Part shown: piece by piece, positions 22,676 through 34,384 of the stretch
Layout of the letters: each line of letters begins with the position of its first letter
Position numbering within the stretch: position 1 is the first letter of the stretch
Origin: Eremomyces bilateralis CBS 781.70
Lineage: Eukaryota
Assembly: GCA_010015585.1 (NCBI GenBank)
Contig: ML975158.1
Direction: 5' to 3' (one strand)
DNA: 64,000 nt
Program-made: the position numbers and the translations under genes
Notes under the pieces: model-generated
Database searches by the model: none
What the model was told of the DNA's origin: nothing
The model's input: only the letters and a program-made list of their open reading frames with translations

Positions 22676-25600
22676 ATGGCGTCACAAAATTTTCCATACC
22701 ACACTGTGCCAGGTTCCGTGGCGCTATCAGAATTCCGCGCCGCCAGACTGGCAACATCGCTTGGGGCGGAGGAGGTCAAGGCATTATGGGTGCATTTCAT
22801 CGAGCCATTTCAGAAATCCGGGGACGAGGAGACGAACGTCCTGGGTTCGCTGTTGGAGTACGGCGATGCGTTCGGCGAGCAGGACAGCCTCTCCCGGGCG
22901 GCGTCGAACGCCATCACAAGAGGAGAAAAACCCAACACGTCGACGATCTCGTTATTTTTCGTCGCTCCGCGCCCGGGAACCATCTCGCCATGGAGCTCGA
23001 AGGCCACGAACATTGCGCATGTCTGCACATTGGACCGTTCCATCAAGCGCATAGAACGAGGGATGGTCATTGCGGCTCGGTTTAAGGAACCGCTGGACGA
23101 GATCTCGATTCCGCATGCGGATGAACTACATGATCGAATGACGCAGACCATCAGCCGGACCATGCCCGATCTTTCGATGATGTTTGGGGAGCATGAACCG
23201 GGCCAGCTGGAAACCGTTCCCATCCTTAATCAGGGGGAATCGTCCAGAGAAGCGTTACAGCGTGCAAATCGGGAGCTAGGGTTAGCTCTGGATTCAAGCG
23301 AGGTTGATTATCTCATCGACGCGTATCAAAATCAGTTGAAGAGAGACCCGACAGACGTGGAGTTGTTCATGTTCGCCCAGGTCAACTCCGAGCACTGTCG
23401 CCACAAGCAATTCAACGCCGACTGGACCATCGACGGGCTTCGAAAAGAGCGCAGTTTATTCGGCATGATCAAGAACACGTACCTGAAGAACCCCGGCTAT
23501 GTCGTGAGCGCATATAGCGACAATGCGGCCGTGTTCGAGGGGCAGTCGGCCGTCCACTGGGCCCCGGAATACAGCACGGGGAACTGGAAGGACACGAAAG
23601 AGGTGGTCCACTATCTGGGGAAGGTCGAGACGCACAATCATCCGACTGCTGTCTCACCATTCCCTGGAGCCGCGACTGGAGCTGGTGGCGAGATTCGCGA
23701 TGAAGGTGCTGTTGGACGGGGCTCGAAACCAAAGGCTGGCCTGTCCGGCTTCACCGTATCGGACCTGTTGATCTCCGATTTCCGTCAACCCTGGGAACTT
23801 GACGTCGGCAAACCAGCCCATATCGCAAGCAGCCTGGATATCATGATCGAGGCTCCGATCGGCAGTGCATCTTACAACAACGAATTTGGCCGCCCGTGCA
23901 CCGCTGGGTACTTCCGGACATTCCTTGCGGAGGTCGACAACGAGCTTCGGGGATTTCACAAGCCTATCATGATTGCCGGAGGTGTGGGCACTGTTCGTCC
24001 CAACGATGCGCTCAAGGAAAAGGGCTTGGTGAAATCGGGGGATAAAGTCATTGTATTAGGTGGACCTGCCATGCTTATTGGACTCGGTGGAGGCGCTGCA
24101 TCGAGTGTTCAGTCTGGTGAAGGGAAGGTGGAACTGGATTTTGCGAGTGTGCAGCGGGGGAACGCCGAAGTCCAAAGGAGGGCCCAAGAGGTGATCAACA
24201 CTTGCACAGCTCTGGGAAAGCGAAACCCGATTCAGTCGATTCATGACGTTGGTGCTGGGGGATTATCGAACGCTCTGCCGGAACTCGTCCACGATGCCGG
24301 ATTCGGAGCGGTTTTCGAGCTTCGAGAGGTTGACAGTGCGGATAAGAGCATGAGCCCCTTGCAGATCTGGTGCTGCGAAGCGCAGGAGAGATATGTTATG
24401 GCCATCTCGGAAGAAGGACTCTCGCAGTTCCAAGCGATATGCAAACGAGAGCGATGCGGATTTTCCGTGGTTGGAGTTGCCAAAGGATGGGAAGCGCAGC
24501 AGGACTCCCGGTTGATCCTCGTGGACCGCGATTCGCCAGAGAACCCATATCCGATCGACTTGCCGATGTCGACGTTGTTCGGAAAACCTCCCAAGATGAC
24601 TCGTATTGTCAAGTCTCGAAAGTTGAATCTCCCTGCTATCGACCGGTCGCTTCAGAGCTATCTCCCTGGACTGAACGACACTGAAATCCTTCACGAGGCG
24701 GTGAATCGAGTCCTTGCACTGCCGTGCGTTGGATCGAAGTCGTTTTTGATCACCATCGGAGACCGGACCGTCGGTGGATTGACCGTTCGAGAGCAAATGG
24801 TCGGCAAATGGCAGACTCCGGTGGCAGATGTCTCGGTCACAGCGGCGTCGCTCCTTTCGGGTGTCAAATGCGGCGAGGCAATGGCCATGGGAGAGCGCCC
24901 GACCCTCGCATTGATTTCCCCAGCTGCATCAGCTCGTATGGCAGTTGCAGAGTCGCTCATGAATCTCGCCGCAGCTGACATCCTGGACGGCCTCAAACGT
25001 GTTGCCTTGTCCGCAAACTGGATGGCCGCGAGCGGTCATGAGGGGGATGGCGCTGCATTGTACGAAGCCGTCCATGCCATCGGTATGGATCTGTGCCCGA
25101 AGCTGGGAGTGAAAATTCCCGTGGGCAAAGACTCCATGTCCATGAAAATGAAGTGGTCGGATCAAGAAAAGGGAGATGTCACGGAAATTACCGCGCCTGT
25201 CACCGTCGTGATTACCGCGTTTACGGCCGTCCGGTCGCTGATGGATACGTGGACTCCCGCTCTGCGTCGGTTGGAAGACGTCGGAGAAACCGTCTTGCTT
25301 TTCGTCGACCTGGCAGCAGGCAAGAAAGCCTTGGGCGGCTCCGCGCTGGCCCAAGTGTTTAAGCAGGTTGGGAACGAAGCACCGGATGTGCGCGACGCCT
25401 TCACCCTCAAGGACTACTTTGCCGCCATTGAAGAGCTTCATGAGTCCGGCATCGTTCTGGCATACCATGACCGTTCGGATGGCGGACTGTTTACGACACT
25501 CGCGGAGATGATGTTTGCGGGACGTTGTGGACTGGACATCAACCTTGAAGAGATATCCTCCGCCGACCACGGGAGCCTTATCGAGACCCTTTTCAACGAA

Positions 25601-26761
25601 GAGCTTGGTGCCGTGTTCCAGGTACGGAAGTCCGATGAGGTCCGGTTCAACTCCTGCTTTGCAACTTGCGGCCCTCCCAAAGGACTGATCACACGGATCG
25701 GAAAGACCACGGAGGTCTCGAAACAGAACTTGAGTTTCTTCCGAGGAGCGAGCATGCTGTACAAAGAATCCAGGATTACGCTGCAGCAGCGATGGGCGTC
25801 GACGTCGTACCATATCCAAAAGCTGAGAGACAATCCCGCATGCGCGGAAGAGGAGTTCGCCAGCTTGGCCGGTTCCAACGACCCTGGCTTGTCGTACAGG
25901 CTGACCTTCAACCCGAAGGATAACATCTTACCTTTCAAGTCGATCATTCCGGCCGCCCTTGTGGCGAGACCCAAGGTTGCCATCCTTCGCGAGCAAGGTG
26001 TGAATGGCCAATCCGAGATGGCGTTTGGATTCCACGTCGCCGGCTTCCAGGCCGTGGACGTACATATGACGGACATCATCTCCGGCCGCGTCTCCCTCGC
26101 CGCGTTTACAGGTCTCGCCGCGTGCGGTGGGTTCTCCTACGGCGACGTGCTCGGCGCCGGCCGCGGCTGGGCGATGAGTGTGCTGTTCAACGCCAAGGTG
26201 CGACAAGAGTTCAAAGATTTCTTCGAGCGACAGGATACCTTCACCCTTGGCGTTTGCAACGGCTGCCAGTTCCTATCCAGACTGAAGCATCTCATTCCTG
26301 GAGCGTCCTCCTGGCCGTCGTTCGAGCGGAATACGAGTGAACAGTATGAAGCTCGTGTCTGCATGGTGGAAGTGCTCGATACCCCGGCGGCGCCCTCGGT
26401 ATTCTTCCACGGCATGAAGGGATCGAAACTACCCATCGTCGTGGCCCACGGGGAAGGTCGGGCACAGTTCACGAGGGACTCGTCCCCGCATTCGCTCTCC
26501 CAGGAAGGCTTGGTCCCGCTCCGCTACGTGGACAACTACCTCCACCCCACGGAAAAGTACCCCTATAACCCGAACGGAAGCCCCATGGGCATCGCGGGCG
26601 TGCGATCGCCGGACGGGCGCGTGCTCGCGGTCATGCCGCACGTGGAACGGACGATCCTCAAGCCGGTGGCGAGCTGGATCCCCGACGCGCAATCGGAGGA
26701 TTGGGGCGATTTCGGTCCGTGGGTGCGGGTCTTCCAGAGCGCACGTCGGTGGGTCGGGTGA
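22676..26761 (+). CDS. ADE6: Phosphoribosylformylglycinamidine synthase (large PurL type)
   Basis: Single long ORF with NSEHCRH, KVETHNHPT, HDVGAGG, YHDRSDGG, GGFSYGD, GVCNGCQ, MPHVER. Confidence 0.98.
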   Translation: MASQNFPYHTVPGSVALSEFRAARLATSLGAEEVKALWVHFIEPFQKSGDEETNVLGSLLEYGDAFGEQDSLSRAASNAITRGEKPNTSTISLFFVAPRPGTISPWSSKATNIAHVCTLDRSIKRIERGMVIAARFKEPLDEISIPHADELHDRMTQTISRTMPDLSMMFGEHEPGQLETVPILNQGESSREALQRANRELGLALDSSEVDYLIDAYQNQLKRDPTDVELFMFAQVNSEHCRHKQFNADWTIDGLRKERSLFGMIKNTYLKNPGYVVSAYSDNAAVFEGQSAVHWAPEYSTGNWKDTKEVVHYLGKVETHNHPTAVSPFPGAATGAGGEIRDEGAVGRGSKPKAGLSGFTVSDLLISDFRQPWELDVGKPAHIASSLDIMIEAPIGSASYNNEFGRPCTAGYFRTFLAEVDNELRGFHKPIMIAGGVGTVRPNDALKEKGLVKSGDKVIVLGGPAMLIGLGGGAASSVQSGEGKVELDFASVQRGNAEVQRRAQEVINTCTALGKRNPIQSIHDVGAGGLSNALPELVHDAGFGAVFELREVDSADKSMSPLQIWCCEAQERYVMAISEEGLSQFQAICKRERCGFSVVGVAKGWEAQQDSRLILVDRDSPENPYPIDLPMSTLFGKPPKMTRIVKSRKLNLPAIDRSLQSYLPGLNDTEILHEAVNRVLALPCVGSKSFLITIGDRTVGGLTVREQMVGKWQTPVADVSVTAASLLSGVKCGEAMAMGERPTLALISPAASARMAVAESLMNLAAADILDGLKRVALSANWMAASGHEGDGAALYEAVHAIGMDLCPKLGVKIPVGKDSMSMKMKWSDQEKGDVTEITAPVTVVITAFTAVRSLMDTWTPALRRLEDVGETVLLFVDLAAGKKALGGSALAQVFKQVGNEAPDVRDAFTLKDYFAAIEELHESGIVLAYHDRSDGGLFTTLAEMMFAGRCGLDINLEEISSADHGSLIETLFNEELGAVFQVRKSDEVRFNSCFATCGPPKGLITRIGKTTEVSKQNLSFFRGASMLYKESRITLQQRWASTSYHIQKLRDNPACAEEEFASLAGSNDPGLSYRLTFNPKDNILPFKSIIPAALVARPKVAILREQGVNGQSEMAFGFHVAGFQAVDVHMTDIISGRVSLAAFTGLAACGGFSYGDVLGAGRGWAMSVLFNAKVRQEFKDFFERQDTFTLGVCNGCQFLSRLKHLIPGASSWPSFERNTSEQYEARVCMVEVLDTPAAPSVFFHGMKGSKLPIVVAHGEGRAQFTRDSSPHSLSQEGLVPLRYVDNYLHPTEKYPYNPNGSPMGIAGVRSPDGRVLAVMPHVERTILKPVASWIPDAQSEDWGDFGPWVRVFQSARRWVG

Positions 26762-27020
26762 TTTTTCTTTACGTCCTGGTCAAAGTTGGAGTGAAAACAC
26801 AATCAAAAGTTTTCTATGCCCTCTTCTATGCCTTTATGCGAGCTTCAAGATAATGTAGATTTAGAATGAAAGCGACTCAGAGCAGCGTCTGCGCACACCG
26901 GACACAATCTTCGAATTATAGAGTGTTCCATAATCATCCATTCTTCCTGATTAAAGACTATTGTCGATCAATGATTTGGCTGGCGTCTTGATACACTGTC
27001 GCCTTTACCAACGCTCAAAT

Positions 27021-27539
27021 TTACAGTTGTAGCTTATCCGCTTCATCCCAGGAAACAGAATATGGCACTCCCCGTTTTCTCATTTCGACCGGATTGAACT
27101 TCAGCGTTGGCAACATATCTTGGAACCCCTCGATCGTGCGGATCTATAATCGAACGGCTCAGTTCTCCGGTTCCCAACCACACCACAAGGACTCACATTA
27201 ATGGCAAAGAACGCCCGCTGCCACTCCATACTCGCCGTGTTAAAGTCGATGAGGACGCTGGTGCCACACGTCGGCAAAACTTGTGAGGGCAGGTCTTGAG
27301 GCGAACACGTAGCTGGTCATTTCATCTAACCCCGAGACGAACGTGACATCCTCCCGCCGGACGTAGAGGAGAAGGTAGCCGTTCTTGGAGCAGATACTGC
27401 AGTCGCAATCGAACGGTCGGGTGGTCGAGAGGTCCGGAGCGAGAGCGATGAGCTTGATTTTGCCGCAATGGCAGTTAGCTTTGTATTCTTTCTTTGGCCC
27501 TTCTCCGCCACTTGGGTTCTCGCGGTTGAGGCTCGCCAT
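27021..27539 (-). pseudogene. GFA/CENP-V (Mss4-like) zinc protein, frameshifted
   Basis: ANCHCG..CDCSICSKNG is intact. The HKFC, PTCGTS and AIN|IR motifs are present but lie in different frames. Confidence 0.75.
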
Positions 27540-28203
27540 TGGGATTGTTGCTTAGATACGTGGAGGTTGTGGACGAGTAGCCTTGATGAATGGCCTTGAT
27601 GAATCGAATGGCCTTGGTGATGGAGAAGATCTACGAGGAGAGCGAGACGAAGGATGTTTTTCAAGGAGATGGAAATTCAACGTAGTGAGAACGGCTGGAA
27701 GATAATACGAATACGACGGTGATAAGAGGTGTAGCTCACAGAGCTTCCCTTCATGATACCTTGGGGTTACCGCTGACACTTGGCTGCCAAACTAGGCTAC
27801 ACAGTACACTGGAGTTCCTGGGGCCATTTTATATTTTTAATCTACATACGTGCATTGGCTAAAGATCCCACGTAGCTTGGACGAATGGAATATAATGACA
27901 TCAATGGCTTAGGAATTCGCTTAGGAATCCGCTTGGGAATTGAGCCGCAAAGGACAATTTTGGTGAAGGATTGAAGGTGTTGAACGACTTGAAGTAGACG
28001 AAGCGTAAAGTGGTGAAGTACTCAAATGGCAAGTGCGACCAGTGCTTAGTGCAATAATAATAACTAGTTAATGCAATAATGCTATCACGACGAACGCACG
28101 GACCATGTTCTCCATCAACTTGTCCACCTCACTTTCATCCAAGCATTCATCCGCTCCAATTCCAGCAAATAACACCCTCCCCAATTCCAATCGATCGCCC
28201 AAA

Positions 28204-28959
28204 ATGCTGTCGAGGGTAATCCGACGGGGAGCTCTCGACTCCAACCGTCTCCTGTCGCGATGCATAAGCACCAAGGAGCAACCCAACGTCGCCAATATCA
28301 CCGCGAACGACCCCAACGCATCCGCCCGCGCCCCCGTCCCGAACATCTCGGCGACGAACGAGCTCCCGTCGTCGTCCATTGGGAGCCATGATGCCGCGAT
28401 ACAGGAGTCGGTCGCGGAGGGGGAGAAGCTCCGCGTGCAGCAGGCGCCGAACAGGCACACGGTCTGGAGTCGGAGCCAGCAGCCCCGGGAGGCGGCGATG
28501 GTTGGGCCGCGATTCGAGCAGATGACGATGGCTGATCAGGTCAGTGAGCGAGGGAATATTGTGTTGGGTTTTCCTGGTTGAATGCTGAGCTAATTGGTAT
28601 ACACAGCCCCGGCCATTGGCGGCAATCGACCTCATTCACAAACAGCCTGTCCGCTGGCGAGAGGAGCGGGTCGTATCTTGCGACGGAGGTGGTGGTCCGC
28701 TCGGCCATCCCCGGATCTTCATCAACCTCGACAAGCCACAGATTTGCTGGTGCACATACTGTGGAGTGCCATTCGTAAGTGGATAGCATATGGGAAAACA
28801 GCAGAGGCACATGCTGACAATGACCAACAGGCACATGAGCACCACCGGAAGCACTTGGAGTCGCTCCCTTCGACCTCGTATCCTCTAGAACCGACCGGCG
28901 ATCCTGCACAAGTTGAGGAGTCACAGCGAGTGACGGACGAACCTCTAGGGCAGAGATGA
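28204..28959 (+). CDS. NADH:ubiquinone oxidoreductase NDUFS6/NUMM (zf-CHCC) subunit (3 exons)
   Basis: Presequence, [53 protein letters not shown]. Confidence 0.92.
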
Positions 28960-29225
28960 AACAAGGCCATGCGAATATCAAGTTGTACATATCTGTTCAG
29001 TGATGGAGCTAGTTCAGTCAGGATCTAATGAACATCCAAGCAAGCACGAAAGCCTGTGTGACAGGTACTAAAAATCTTCCATTCCTGCCGGCCCCACGAC
29101 AGGGCCACGACGACAGCGGAAGTCGTCTAAGTCCTGTCTGATTGTTATGTGTTCTATAGTAGAATATAGAAGTTATACACAATCACCCACGATAGACAGT
29201 TGTTCAGAGCCGGCACCCTCCAGGC

Positions 29226-29718
29226 CTATTTCTTTTCGCCCTGGATGGTCGCTACAACTTTCCGAGAATGCCTCGACGTCCTGAACTCGAGATACCATAT
29301 CCCCTGCCATGTCCCTGTGTTCAGCTTACCGTCCGTAATCGGTATTGAAACACTCGATCCGATCAAAGCGGACTTGATATGTGCCTACAACTCGGACATT
29401 AGCAAGATCCCTGAGTCGCTACGCTATGATTCAACCACATACCGGCATGTCATCTAACCCTTCCGCCGAGTGTCTATATAGGTTCCCTTTCCGATCGTCG
29501 GGCGCGATCCGATCCAATGCATCGCTCATATCTGCCCGCACATCCTCGTCCCAGTTCTCGTTCAAGCTCAATGCGCAGCTGGTGTGCTGGATGAACAGGT
29601 GTAGGATCCCGACTTTGTAGTTTTTTATCTCCGGGACACTCGAGGTGACATGGTCGGTGACCAGGTAGGAGCCCCGCGATTTGGGAGGGAGCGTGAAGGT
29701 TTTCTGGGACCAGGACAT
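29226..29718 (-). CDS. UPF0047/YjbQ family protein (2 exons; possible upstream start at 29925)
   Basis: MSWSQKTFTL, QHTSCALSLNENWD.DVRADM, HSAEGLDDMP|AHIKSALIG, GTWQGIW.LEFR. Confidence 0.92.
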
Positions 29719-30429
29719 GGTCGAGGTGGATGGACAGGTGGCCGCGCAAGAATCTTGAGGACCGGTCGTATCTGGAGGGTGTGGTTCAGAGGGTCTGGTC
29801 GAGAAGGAGGGAGAGAAGGGAAGGAGGGGTAGGCGGAGAAGGGCGATGAATAGGTTGGGGAAGAATGCGAGAATGAGGACGCCGACGAAGAGGGAGGTAT
29901 TGACAGGAGTAGCTCGAAACGGCATAGACTTTACATACCAGTAGAAACTTGAGATCCGTAAACAATTAGGGACTGTACTGATACCTTAGACGTAGAGTAG
30001 CTAAGCTAACGTATCCAACATCATCATAAAACGCTATCGCAGATGACGTGAATTTCAGCCTTACGATCGCAAGGCATCAATCCCTGCTCCCAGTCACAGC
30101 ACGCAGGGCTCCAATTCTCCATTGAGTCTTGTGCCCCGAGAAGATCGGATGTGTCCTGGCAAACAAATATTCCCGTGTAACCTGGCCAGCCGAATGAGTT
30201 GAGTCGATATAGGAAAACCCTGGAACATTTAGAAATCAAAAAGAGCTAGGAATCCACCCACCAAGTCATTGAAACCTGGGAATTTCGGACCGCTTTCGGC
30301 CCCCGTAAGGAAGCACCTCACCTGCACTGTCGGCAGTCCTTGTCCGTGGAGACGGGCATGCGCTCGAGAAGGAGATCTTCAAACCGAATCAGTCTTTGCA
30401 GTCGAACAGTATAACGGCCGTCCGTCGAA

Positions 30430-32573
30430 ATGGAGAAAATCACCAACAAAATCCAAGCCCTGCCCGAGAACGGCACTTACTTCTCTCTGGAATTCTTCCC
30501 TCCTAAGACCCAGATCGTCCGTCCCCCACCCCCATCCGTCGTTCATATTTAAAAACTAACCTCCCCAGGGCCTTGACAACCTCGTCGCCCGCTTGGAGCG
30601 CATGTCCGGCGCCCTTCGCCCACTCTTCGTCAATGTCACCTGGGGCGCGGGCGGCAGCACCGCCGGCAAGTCGCTGCAGCTAGCGGAAATCTGCCAGAAG
30701 AAGCTCGGGCTGACCACCTGCTTGCACCTGACGTGCACGAACATGAGCCGGGCACTCGTCGACGACGCGTTGGAGAAGGCAAAGGCGATGGGGATTCGGA
30801 ACATCCTGGCGCTGCGGGGGGATCCGCCGCGGAGCGAGGAGTACGCCATTGTGGACGGGGAGAATGGGGAGCTGGACGGCGATTCGAATGATGAGTTTAA
30901 GTGGGCGACGGATCTGGTGAGATATATCCGGGAGCAGCATGGTGACTACTTCTGCGTGGGTGTGGCGACGTATCCCGAGGGCCATTCGGACCAGTCGCAT
31001 CCGGAGCACCAAGATCCGCTATTCGATCTGCCATATCTCGTCGAGAAGACGGTGGCGGGCGCGGATTTCATCATGTCGCAGTTATTTTATGACGTGTCCA
31101 AGTTCGACGAGCACGAGCGGATGCTCCGAGAACATCCCTCGGGCGCGTTCAAGGACATCCCGATCATCCCGGGTTTGATGCCTATCCAGAGCTACCAGAT
31201 CCTGCGACGGGTGACGAAGTTGAGCCATGCGAGCATCCCGCCAGAACTACTAGAGCGATTGGATCAAGTGAAGACCGACGACGAGGAAGTGAAGCGCGTG
31301 GGCGTGGAAATCCTGGGCGAGGTAATCCAGCACATTCTGCAGAAACCAGCCGTGGCCCACAAAGGCTTCCATTTCTACACGCTCAATCTCGAGAAAGTCG
31401 TCTCTCAGATCATCGAAGAAGGCGGCCTGATCCCCCTCTTCTCCATATCCGACGACGAAGCTGTTTCCAGCGCCGAAGCCTCGCCCGTCCGCAACCTGGA
31501 GAAGGTCCGAAGTCGTCTCTCGTCCATGAACTCCAACCCACACAATCGCGTCCTCGTCGAGAAAGCCGCGGACGTCCACAACACCGACTTCGAAGTACAA
31601 GAAGGGGAAGCCGGCATCCCGTCCGTCAGCAGCCGCGCGAACACCCTCGCCATCTCGGAAGGCGAGGGCGCCCTGGGCCGTGAAGCGACCTGGGATGACT
31701 ACCCGAACGGCCGTTGGGGCGACGCGCGCTCCCCTGCGTTCGGCGAGATCGATGGGTATGGCGTGTCCCTTCGCGTGTCCACCACCGAGGCGGTCAAAAT
31801 GTGGTCGTATCCCGTCACCGCAGCGGATATCAACGAGGTGTTCCGAAAATATATCAATGGCGAGATCCAGGGGATCCCATGGAGCGAGGAAGGGTTGAGC
31901 GCCGAATCCGAACCGATACGAGAGCAGCTAGGGAAGCTGAACGCGAAAGGATGGTGGACGATTGCGAGTCAGCCGGCTGTGAATGGGTTGAGGAGTGATG
32001 ATAAGGTCTTTGGATGGGGGCCTAAGGCTGGGTTTGTGTACCAAAAGGTAAGTCCCTTAATGAGGAAGTCAGGAGTGATTGACAATGGCATCGTATATTG
32101 CTCATGGCTGACACACCTCTTTTCCTGCTAGGCGTTCGTTGAGTTCTTCGTACCGTCGAAAGACTGGGACACCCTTCGTGAACGACTCGCCAATGAAGAC
32201 GAAGTCACGTATTTTGCTGGCAACTTTGCCGGTTCCACCTCCGCATCCGATATCGAGTCAGTCAATCCAGTGACCTGGGGCGCCTTTAATGGAAAAGAGT
32301 ACGTATTCCAGTCCCGCATAATTCTTACCAACCACCCCATGTCTAACGCCTAAAACCATTAGGATCATCACGCCAACCATTATCGAAACGGTGTCGTTCC
32401 ACGCCTGGCGGGAAGAGGCGTTCTCCCTGTGGAGCGAGTGGCAGCGGATCTATCCTCCCAAGTCGGCGACGTCCAAGTTGCTGGAGGGGGTGAAAAAGGA
32501 TTTGTGGTTGGTGAACGTGATTCATCATCGGTTCATGGACAAAGATGCGTTGTGGGAGTTGCTGTTACGCTAA
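30430..32573 (+). CDS. MET12: Methylenetetrahydrofolate reductase, Met12/MetF type (4 exons)
   Basis: FSLEFFPPKT, VTWGAGGST, HLTCTN, ILALRGDPP, TWDDYPNGRWGDARSPAFG. The N-terminus resembles Met12 rather than Met13. Confidence 0.9.
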
Positions 32574-32861
32574 CTGGGGGAAGGAGGGCTTCTGGGTCGC
32601 ATTCGAGGGACATCCGTGCCACGTCAATAGAATTTGGAATCAATCGGAGAGAGCATCTACGGGATTACCATGTACCTTAAGTGCAAGATAAGCATCACAT
32701 TTTTAAGAAGAGCTGGCATTACACCAATCATTACAGTAGAAAGCGTGCGACCCTGAATTCCCAACGCCTTTCATCCCAACGGTACAATTTGGCCCATCAA
32801 GAGTGTCCCTGCCGGTTCAAGAAGCAAACATCGACTCTCAGCCTCGGCTAGACTTTCAGAC

Positions 32862-33079
32862 TTAATGCTATACATGCAGGAGATGTGGTTAGTCACATAT
32901 TCTTGTGTTTGAGAAACCATACAAGAAAATGGGAGGTTGTACCGAACACGAACCGCAGCCACAGCTGTTGCAATCGCCAGCACATCCGCAGGTTGAGCAG
33001 GAGCTAGCAAAGGGTATAATGTTAGCAAGAGTGGGCGGACTCTGTGCCTGGTTTCGGGGGGCATTTACCAAGCAGGCAT
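32862..33079 (-). CDS. Metallothionein, 25 aa (MPACSCSTCGCAGDCNSCGCGSCSH), 3 exons
   Basis: Exons 33079-33069, 33003-32943 and 32867-32862 are joined by GT..CTAAC..TAG introns that keep frame; 8 Cys; resembles CAP5-type fungal metallothioneins ending CGSCSH. Confidence 0.88.
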
Positions 33080-34384
33080 ATTGAAAGGTCTGATCGAAGG
33101 CGTCTTGAAATGACCGAGTAGTTGAAATCTGGCGGATATCCGTTTGATTCTTTTGTCTCGAAACGTTGTCTCGATAGAGAAGTCTCCAAACCAGTCTCAG
33201 GAGGCATTCTGGTTCCTTATATGTCTCTCCGGCCTCAGCGGATCTTCCAGTTTCTTCCCGTATCCGTCCTCAACCCCGCCCACAATTCAGCATCCACCCA
33301 ATATGGGATCATCTGCCTGCGCCTGACGATGACATTGGAAGTTCCGAAGCAGCCAAGGAGTGTATGGTGATGTCGGGTGATTTGGCAACCCATGCAAGCC
33401 TGTCCAACTTCATTCTACTGGATGGCCTTGACTTGGGATAAGGATGACATGCAGCAGCCACACGCATCAGCATCATCGGGACTAGGAGTAATTGGCCGAT
33501 ATGCCGATTCCCTTATGTAAAAAGCATATATAAAGGTGTGGTCCAGCAATCATCCGGGGAGGATACCGGGAATACCCCACGCCGTGGTATATCTGACCTA
33601 CTGGTGCGGGGAGGGGTGTGGATCGGGCCGTTCCATCGAGCAAGATTGGTCCACCGCGCCACTCAATGATATAGTAAAGCATAGCGATGATAAGCTCGGC
33701 GTTGGGTGCGCGGCCTTGATGCTATACGTAGCCCGCTCTCAGTGGACAACAGTTCCATGGGCCAGACGCTGTGTCACATCAAATGCAGGGTCAGCTGACT
33801 TGGAATGCATGTGAATTCTGATTATGGGGTACTGACGGGATAGGGAATATTTGCTAGAACCGTTTGTAAATGCAGATGACAGAGTGATACCTGGTTGAGG
33901 TGGGACGTAACTAGAGAGACGAACACCCCCAATACATGTCCCGAAAAGCCGCTTGGCAAAGATACAGCCATAAGACGCGGCTGAACAGGAGAGAACGGAT
34001 CCTAAAATTGGGTTCGGGGGTGTACATTCGGGTCGGAACTGAGTAGTGAAGACAGAAGTAGTGCGTTTTGAGTTAGGTATCGTGCTGGCATGAGAAAAAA
34101 TAGACTCTGAATTCGAACTTGTAGCATCGATTCCTCTTGTGAAAACAAAATTTGGTATCATACAAACCGAAATCTGGTATCGTAATTTCCGCCGTGGTAT
34201 AAATCCATTCCCTGCTCCCTCCATCCAATTCGGCCGCAAATGTCCCTGGGAACCGAAGGAGCGAAATCCCCATAGAACACCGTCCGTTGCGGCTGCCTGT
34301 CACATAACTCATTCCAATCCATGTTGTAGGGAGAATCACCACCGCGACCCCACGCTGCTCATTCGACCGCGCCGATCATCCATT

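Noticed and set aside
24929..26079. Long antisense ORFs (296 and 213 aa) over ADE6, and similar ones over VMA1, POT1 and NRP1
   Set aside because: Shadow ORFs expected from GC-rich codon usage on the opposite strand; no recognisable motifs.
27907..27942. Three imperfect copies of GCTTAGGAATTC; other short duplications near 38333, 43756 and 52687
   Set aside because: Short slippage-type repeats with no supportable function.
33280..33480. GCTG motifs upstream of the metallothionein as copper-response elements
   Set aside because: They do not match the full Ace1-type HTHNNGCTGD consensus and are too short to support.
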